The translations under genes were made by a program, and so were the position numbers. From NCBI GenBank assembly GCA_964544055.1, contig CAZJAA010000009.1:5459-69458 (forward strand): 64,000 bases of DNA, given 5' to 3'. The notes beneath the pieces are model-generated. The model was not told the DNA's origin. It saw only the letters and a program-made list of their open reading frames with translations, and did not search any database. The stretch's first letter is position 1. Every line of letters begins with the position of its first letter. Positions 58,405 to 64,000 of this stretch are shown here, piece by piece. This DNA comes from an uncultured Lachnospiraceae bacterium (GTDB lineage Bacteria; Bacillota; Clostridia; Lachnospirales; Lachnospiraceae).

Positions 58405-59254
58405 GATTAATCCCACCTGCTAATAATTCACTGACATATTGTACGGCACTGTCAATGTTTCCCGGCATAACAAAAAAATTTTTCACATCTTCCACAACAT
58501 CTTCCCGCGCAATAGCTGCTGCATCCAGTACCGTTGGCACTCCAATGGCAAGCACCGGACAGGCGAGGCTCTGTTCATTTAATTCTTTCCGGTTATTTCC
58601 AACCCCTGCTCCAGGACAGATTCCCGTATCCGTTAATTGAATTGTCGTATTCAGTCGTTTGGGACTTCTTGCTGCCAATGCATCAATCACTACCACCACA
58701 TCCGGCGTAGCTTCTTTTATTACACCACGAATCAGTTCCATTGTCTCTATCCCGGTCTGCGCCATAACTCCGGGCACAAAAGCACTTACTTTCCGATAGT
58801 TTTCTTCTATTTCCGGACGTGCGTTTTCTTCCAGAAAATAATGTCCTGTCACAAGAAGCCCATCTATTGTCAACGGTCCCACCGCATCTGCCGTTACTTC
58901 CCTGTTGCCAAGACCGACCACAAGCATATGCTCCGCTTTTTTCCCTTTTAATAAAGCTTCCAGCTGCCTGGAAAGCTCCAGTTCCGCACGCTTTTTTAAA
59001 GTTTCCTCCTCGTTCAGCAGCTCCGGCAGCTCCATGGTTATATAAGTGCCAATCGGTCGCTCCATTCTTTTCGCCCCCTCTTCGTCCGTAATCTGCACTA
59101 CCGTTACTTTTATGGAATGCTCCTCTTTCCACTCTTCCCACACATTTACACCGGAATGCTCTTTCCCACACTCTCTGAGGCTACTCGCATCCGCAGTTTT
59201 CCCTGTTTCCATACCATCTGTCTCTATAATCAGGTCTGTTCTTACTTTGTTCAT
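58379..59254 (-). CDS. gpr: Germination protease (GPR endopeptidase)
   Basis: It reads MNKVRTDLIIE... and VVGLGNREVTADAVGP...VIDALAARS...GICPGAGVGN. I moved the start to ATG 59254, which follows AGGAGGAATGCC. Confidence 0.85.
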   Translation of the reverse strand: MNKVRTDLIIETDGMETGKTADASSLRECGKEHSGVNVWEEWKEEHSIKVTVVQITDEEGAKRMERPIGTYITMELPELLNEEETLKKRAELELSRQLEALLKGKKAEHMLVVGLGNREVTADAVGPLTIDGLLVTGHYFLEENARPEIEENYRKVSAFVPGVMAQTGIETMELIRGVIKEATPDVVVVIDALAARSPKRLNTTIQLTDTGICPGAGVGNNRKELNEQSLACPVLAIGVPTVLDAAAIAREDVVEDVKNFFVMPGNIDSAVQYVSELLAGGINRVNQKKGI

Positions 59255-59391
59255 GGCATTCCTCCTGTTTTCACCGTCCGAACACTTATTTTTCTTGCTG
59301 CTCACCCATATTTCATTCCGGTAACAATACACTTTGTATATAGTATGTAGAAACATTAAAAAAAAATACCTGATTATTTAAAAAAGAGGGC

Positions 59392-59420
59392 TTGACTTTT
59401 TTTGTTTTATAGAGTATTAT
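59392..59420 (+). promoter_or_regulatory. Sigma-A-type promoter of rpsT
   Basis: Plus strand reads TTGACT (59392-97), a 17-nt spacer, then TATTAT (59415-20). Confidence 0.65.
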
Positions 59421-59515
59421 TATACAGTATGTTTTTAGTGAAACGTCCGTGTCCTGTTTCACTAAGACAGGATCATGCAAGAGAAAAAGAGATTATTGCA
59501 TTGGAGGTGTTTTCA

Positions 59516-59779
59516 TTGGCTAACATTAAATCTGCTAAGAAGAGAATCAAGGTTATCGAGACAAAGACATTAAGAAACAAAATGACAAAGTCCAAAATCA
59601 AGACTTTAGTAAAGAAGGTTGAAACTGCTGTTGCACAGAACGATAAGGCTGCTGCTACTGCTGCTTTAACAGAAGCTGTTGTTGCTATCGACAAGGCTGC
59701 TGCTAAGGGAATCTTCCATAAGAACACAGCTGCTAGAAAGGTATCCAGACTCACTAAGGCTGTTAATACACTTGCTTAA
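59516..59779 (+). CDS. rpsT: 30S ribosomal protein S20
   Basis: The TTG start at 59516 follows GGAGGTGTTTTCA. The product reads (M)ANIKSAKKRIKVIETKTLRNKMTKSKIKT...FHKNTAARKVSRL. The longer track ORF is an upstream over-extension. Confidence 0.9.
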   Translation: MANIKSAKKRIKVIETKTLRNKMTKSKIKTLVKKVETAVAQNDKAAATAALTEAVVAIDKAAAKGIFHKNTAARKVSRLTKAVNTLA

Positions 59780-59807
59780 TTATTGGCATATAACCTTCAG
59801 GTTAACG

Positions 59808-59838
59808 AACGCCGTAGTGAAAACTACGGCGTTTTTTG
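59808..59838 (+). terminator. Rho-independent terminator of rpsT
   Basis: AACGCCGTAG-TGAAAA-CTACGGCGTT is followed by TTTTT. Confidence 0.85.
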
Positions 59839-59906
59839 TTTCAAAGAAAAGACGGTACTGCTTTCAAAAAAAGCAACCGCTCTGATTTTAAGGAAGGAGA
59901 ACTATC

Positions 59907-61145
59907 ATGAAAATAAATTCAGTCAAAGGAACTAATGACTATCTGCCAAAAGAAACAGCACTGCGTGACTACCTGCAGGGAAAAATATTGGAAACGTATC
60001 GTTCCTGCGGTTTTGAACGCATTACCACTCCAATTCTGGAGGACATTGAAAATTTGGACAAAAGTGAAGGCGGTGAAAATCTAAACCTTCTCTTCAAGAT
60101 TTTAAAACGTGGCGACAAGCTGCAGGAAGCCCTCGAAACAGGCAATGCAAAAAACTTGTCCGACATGGGACTGCGTTATGACCTGACACTTCCGCTTTCC
60201 CGCTATTATGCCTGCAACCGCAACAATTTAAGTACCCCATTCAAAGTTATCCAGATAGACCGTGTATTCCGTGCAGAACGCCCACAAAAAGGACGTCTTC
60301 GTGAATTTGTACAATGTGATATTGATATTTTAGGTTCTTCCTCCATCAACTGTGAAGTGGAACTGATTGATACCACTGCCAAGGCTTTGTTAAACATTGG
60401 TATCGAAAATTTCAAAATCCGCATTAATGACCGCCGCATCTTAAAAAATCTAATTTCTGCGGCCGGTTTTGAAGCAGCCGACGCTGACAGTGTCTGCATT
60501 ACCTTCGATAAACTGGATAAAATCGGCACCGAAGGTGTAAAAGAAGAATTGCTTGACAAGGGATTTGCCGAAAGCACCGTAGAAAAATTTGTTTCTATGA
60601 TGGGCATTACCCCATTTACTCTGGAAGAAGCAAGAAAATACTGTACCGATACCGCCGCTATTGACAGCGTAGCCTCCATTATTGAAACCGTAAAACAATT
60701 ATCTGCCGGACGCTATCAGATTGAATACGACTGTTCCCTTGTCCGCGGACAGGGCTACTACACAGGCACTATTTTCGAAGTAGAATCCCTGGACTTTGGC
60801 AGTTCCATTGCCGGCGGCGGACGCTACGACAATATGATAGGAAAATTCATTGACGAAAACGTACCTGCAGTTGGATTTTCCATCGGTTTTGAACGCATTG
60901 CCAGCATTTTAATGGATAAACAGGCTTCCCTGTCCTGCTCCAAGCCAAAGCTTGCCTTAATCTATCCGGAAGGTGACATTGTTGCTGCTATCAAAAAAGC
61001 AGATGCTTACCGAAGCACCTATGACGTTACTCTATTCGAAAAGCCAAAGAAAATCGGTAAACTCTTCGGCAAACTCGAAGAAGCCGGATTTTATGGCTGT
61101 CTGATTTTGGATGAATCCTCTGAAATTAAGGTGCTTCAGAAATAA
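59907..61145 (+). CDS. hisS: Histidine--tRNA ligase, of the archaeal/eukaryote-like subtype
   Basis: Class II motif 2 reads VFRAERPQKGRLREFVQCDIDILG and motif 3 reads GGGRYDNMIGKF. The histidine-A-like block LRYDLTLPLSRYY resembles LRYDLTVPFARY of eukaryotic HisRS rather than the bacterial LRPE(G/M)TA. Confidence 0.85.
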   Translation: MKINSVKGTNDYLPKETALRDYLQGKILETYRSCGFERITTPILEDIENLDKSEGGENLNLLFKILKRGDKLQEALETGNAKNLSDMGLRYDLTLPLSRYYACNRNNLSTPFKVIQIDRVFRAERPQKGRLREFVQCDIDILGSSSINCEVELIDTTAKALLNIGIENFKIRINDRRILKNLISAAGFEAADADSVCITFDKLDKIGTEGVKEELLDKGFAESTVEKFVSMMGITPFTLEEARKYCTDTAAIDSVASIIETVKQLSAGRYQIEYDCSLVRGQGYYTGTIFEVESLDFGSSIAGGGRYDNMIGKFIDENVPAVGFSIGFERIASILMDKQASLSCSKPKLALIYPEGDIVAAIKKADAYRSTYDVTLFEKPKKIGKLFGKLEEAGFYGCLILDESSEIKVLQK

Positions 61146-61176
61146 AAAGTAATTGTTATTTTTACAAATAAAATGC

Positions 61177-61218
61177 AAAAACAGCCATATACAAGCATGC
61201 TTATATATGGCTGTTTTT
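61177..61218. terminator. Bidirectional terminator between hisS and the beta-propeller gene
   Basis: AAAA-ACAGCCATATACAAGCA|TGCTTATATATGGCTGT-TTTT forms a 17-bp stem. Its arms share CAGCCATATAyAAGCA / TGCTTATATATGG with 43178-43244. Confidence 0.8.
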
Positions 61219-61254
61219 ATACGCTTTTACACTTATACTTGAAAAAAAATGCAA

Positions 61255-62826
61255 TTAGTACTCAAGTTCCAGTATTTCTTCATACTTTGTTTTGCTCTTC
61301 ATTTTGTAAATAATTTCGCTATTTTCTTCTTCAACACTGAAATAAACTTTATCATCCACTACCATAAATCCGCTTACTTCTTCATCGCAAATGCGTTTTT
61401 TGGACTTGGAGGTTTTGTTGGCATAGTATAATTCATCATCCTTAATGAAATAAACCACACCATATTTGTCGCTGTAAATAAAATCCTCTACATCATCTGC
61501 AATCCGGACACCCTCGCCTTTTTTCACATAGTAGAGTTCATCCTCATCACCATCATAATAGTACACTGTTTTCAGGTCTTTGCTGGCAACAAAACTTGTA
61601 TAATAAGAATTCAGACCGGATATAATTGTTTCTCCTTCTCTGGACTTTGTGAAATCATCTACCAGAACCAGCTTACTGCCGTCCATATATAATATGGAGT
61701 TGCCCTTTTCAGACATCTGGTAATTGTAAACACCGGAACTGAGCTTTTCTGTTTCCTGACCTTTTTTATAAACATAATATGCATCACTATCAATGCACCA
61801 AAGCTGTTCATTGAAAGACTCAACACCATAATGATATACATAATATGAATTGCTGCTTATTCTGGACTGTACCGCATTATCAGGAGCATAAATACCGGAA
61901 AAGCTTCCCTTCTTTACTTTTACAGGCTCTTTCATCTTAACAGTAAAATAATAGGTAGTTCCGTCTTCTGTATAAATCAGCTCTGTATTATCCTGATTAA
62001 AATATACCGTAGAAGAAATGTCACTGTCCAGCTTTGTTTCATCCATGTATAAATTTCCATTTTTTACATAAAATACATGCTTACCACCATTAGTAAGCGC
62101 AAGCGGTGTTGCATCACTGGAAACCTTTTCGCCTTCCTTTCCGTTCTTGGAAACAAAAGTGGAATATTTTTCAAGAGCACCCCAGCCATCCGTCTCACAG
62201 TTTCCGATATAGGCAACTGATTTACCATCTTCCGAAAGAACAATTCCAGTATAATATACGTCATCATCAATCGTCGTATCCTTTGCCCTGGAAACCTGAT
62301 ACAGATGCAGTTCACCTATTCTGTTTTCCACTTCTGTCATATAGGCAATCGTATCTCCAGAATCGGAAATCCAGAAGTTATATACTTCTTCTGCAACTTC
62401 AACTAATTCCTCGCCTTTTACTACAAATAAAGAAGCTTCATAATCCCTTACCACGGTCAGGGAACCATCCGCACTTCTCACCAAATCGTAAATACCTTCG
62501 TCTACCTCAATTTCTTCACCATTCAAGGAACCCAGCAGTTCATTGTCCTGTTTTATATAATAATCTTTTTCGCTGGCAAGCTTGAAAGAAGACTTGCCAC
62601 CAGACACGCAGCTTCCAATGAGGCAGAGTAAAATCAGTGCAATAACTGCCACTGCAATCAGCACAATATTTTTCTTTAAAAAAGAACTAACTATTCTGAC
62701 TATATCGCTGATTTCCATAGTGCTTGGTGCTTTTTCTGCAGTATTCTCCCTATTTTCTTCCTGCTCAAATGCAACTGTATCTGCTTCTGACGCAGATACT
62801 TCTGTTTTGTTTTCTTCGTCGTTCAT
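61255..62826 (-). CDS. Membrane-anchored TolB-like (PD40 / DUF5050-like) beta-propeller protein
   Basis: It has an acidic N-terminus, the TM helix IVLIAVAVIALILLCLIG, then repeated S-[DE]-[SDK]-G-x-[ST]-[IV]-[AL]-Y and xLYYV strands. I moved the start to ATG 62826, which follows AAGGAGGG. The track start at 62892 reads through the UTR hairpin. Confidence 0.6.
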   Translation of the reverse strand: MNDEENKTEVSASEADTVAFEQEENRENTAEKAPSTMEISDIVRIVSSFLKKNIVLIAVAVIALILLCLIGSCVSGGKSSFKLASEKDYYIKQDNELLGSLNGEEIEVDEGIYDLVRSADGSLTVVRDYEASLFVVKGEELVEVAEEVYNFWISDSGDTIAYMTEVENRIGELHLYQVSRAKDTTIDDDVYYTGIVLSEDGKSVAYIGNCETDGWGALEKYSTFVSKNGKEGEKVSSDATPLALTNGGKHVFYVKNGNLYMDETKLDSDISSTVYFNQDNTELIYTEDGTTYYFTVKMKEPVKVKKGSFSGIYAPDNAVQSRISSNSYYVYHYGVESFNEQLWCIDSDAYYVYKKGQETEKLSSGVYNYQMSEKGNSILYMDGSKLVLVDDFTKSREGETIISGLNSYYTSFVASKDLKTVYYYDGDEDELYYVKKGEGVRIADDVEDFIYSDKYGVVYFIKDDELYYANKTSKSKKRICDEEVSGFMVVDDKVYFSVEEENSEIIYKMKSKTKYEEILELEY

Positions 62827-62850
62827 AACGCCCTCCTTATGTTGTTTAAT

Positions 62851-62890
62851 ATGCTCTCGGAATTTTCTGAATGAAACATTCCGAAAGTAC
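62851..62890 (-). promoter_or_regulatory. 5' UTR hairpin, second copy of the argS-leader module
   Basis: Minus strand reads GTACTTTCGGAAT-GTTTCATTCAGAAA-ATTCCGAGAGCAT, then ATTAAACAACATAA-GGAGGG-CGTT-ATG. Confidence 0.5.
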
Positions 62891-62913
62891 ATTTTTTTTC
62901 TGAGCCAATACTC

Positions 62914-62942
62914 ATTATAAAATGAATTTTACTTTCTGTCAA
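62914..62942 (-). promoter_or_regulatory. Perfect-consensus sigma-A promoter for the beta-propeller gene
   Basis: Minus strand reads TTGACA (62942-37), a 17-nt spacer, then TATAAT (62919-14). The -35 element overlaps the last codons of the GH3 gene. Confidence 0.7.
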
Positions 62943-64000
62943 TGCCTGTTGCAAAGTCGAGAACATACCATGCGTTTTTCTGTAGCTCTCCCCGAGTAAT
63001 TCCATCCGTGTTTCCGAGTGTTTCCAAAAGTGTTCCATCGGAAATGTATTCCTGGTCTCCGTCCGGTCCACCAAAGGCACTGCCCGGCATCAATACATTT
63101 ACACGGGCACGGACACGGTAGGCATTATCTCTGATATTCGGAAACTCCGGACTTGTAGCATACTGCATCCACCAGTCAGTCATAATAACACCATCATACT
63201 TCCATTCCTGCCGGAGTACCGTTTCTGCAAGGTCAAAATTGTAATGGCTCCAGACACCATTTACTTTATTATAAGATGTCATGATGTTCTTCGGATGTGC
63301 TTCTTTTACACAGATTTCAAAACCTCTCAGATAGATTTCTCGCAAAGCTCTGCCCGATACTCTTGAATCGTTTTTGTGACGGTTTACCTCCTGATTATTG
63401 CAGGCAAAATGCTTTGGACAAGCAGATGCCCCCTGAGACTGAATGCCACGCACTGCCGCAACCGCCATTTTTCCGGAGACATACGGATCTTCCGAAAAAT
63501 ACTCAAAATTTCGTCCACACAATGGATTTCTGTGAATATTTAATCCCGGCGAAAGAAGAACATCTACGTCAAAACGTTTCAATTCCTTTGCGATGCACTC
63601 AAACAGCTGCTCCACCAGTCCGGTGTTCCATGTACACGCCAGTGCCGTTCCACAAGGCAGCAGGGAAGTATACCGTTTAATTCGAAGCCCTGCAGGACCA
63701 TCTGCCGTTACAATGGCAGGAACCCCTTTTTCTCGCAGTGACGGAAGAACTCCACCGTAAATTCCGGTATTTCCTCCAACTCCAAGCGGACGGCTCATTC
63801 CACCCTCACCTCTGGATAAGCCCTCCAGTTCTTCATCACTTAATTGTGCTATAAACTCTTCTAAGGATACCTCTTTCTTCTGTACCCTGGAAAAATGAAT
63901 TCCCCGGTCTCCTGTTACCGGCACTTCCGCCGGAAGCTGCTCCAGAATACGCTTTCTCATATCCAGCCCACTCTTTGTAAGCACCTCTTTTTGCGGTACA
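62929..64000 (-). CDS. Glycoside hydrolase family 3 catalytic (N-terminal-type) domain protein; the reading frame is still open at the window edge
   Basis: GH3 blocks are GPAGLRI, LSPGLNIHRNPLCGRNFEYFSEDPYVSG, KHFACNNQE and IMTSYNKVNG...GVIMTDWW (nucleophile Asp context). No in-frame stop lies between 63984 and 64000, so the true start may be upstream. Confidence 0.75.
   Translation of the reverse strand, partial: VPQKEVLTKSGLDMRKRILEQLPAEVPVTGDRGIHFSRVQKKEVSLEEFIAQLSDEELEGLSRGEGGMSRPLGVGGNTGIYGGVLPSLREKGVPAIVTADGPAGLRIKRYTSLLPCGTALACTWNTGLVEQLFECIAKELKRFDVDVLLSPGLNIHRNPLCGRNFEYFSEDPYVSGKMAVAAVRGIQSQGASACPKHFACNNQEVNRHKNDSRVSGRALREIYLRGFEICVKEAHPKNIMTSYNKVNGVWSHYNFDLAETVLRQEWKYDGVIMTDWWMQYATSPEFPNIRDNAYRVRARVNVLMPGSAFGGPDGDQEYISDGTLLETLGNTDGITRGELQKNAWYVLDFATGIDRK

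Overview
This 64 kb window looks like a core chromosomal segment of a spore-forming Firmicute. The clostridial or Lachnospiraceae-like assignment is inferred only from protein motifs and gene order. I can support about 50 CDS, roughly 90% of them on the minus strand. I saw no rRNA, tRNA, CRISPR array, transposase, integrase or prophage gene. The right half carries the conserved block rpsT / gpr-spoIIP / lepA-hemW / hrcA-grpE-dnaK-dnaJ / prmA-rsmE ... mtaB / ireB-ruvX-DUF1292-RNase J / mltG-like-trmR-U32 peptidase / sigK. That block is interrupted by three inserts: a GH5 lipoprotein cellulase (hemW|hrcA), an M24 aminopeptidase (prmA|rsmE) and an iscS-like/thiI/HPr-like insert (rsmE|mtaB). The left half carries hisZ, recU, several rRNA/tRNA modification genes with a small alarmone synthetase, an LCP protein, pepD, an atypical FtsA-like gene, coaE-polA, argH, two uncharacterised ATPases and argS. 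The signals I consider most worth follow-up are non-coding. Two long multi-hairpin intergenic elements sit exactly at synteny breaks (43169-43374 and 53755-53924). The second is flanked by a chain of ATGA-coupled mini-ORFs and by a 12-nt tandem repeat that abuts an RBS. A roughly 65-nt hairpin-containing 5' UTR module is shared by argS and an unrelated beta-propeller gene. Among the proteins, three architectures stand out: an SH3b-TM-Tudor-like protein, an FtsA-like protein with beta-grasp-like repeats, and a sigK with no pro-sequence. All functional calls come from reading the translations by eye. No database search was run.
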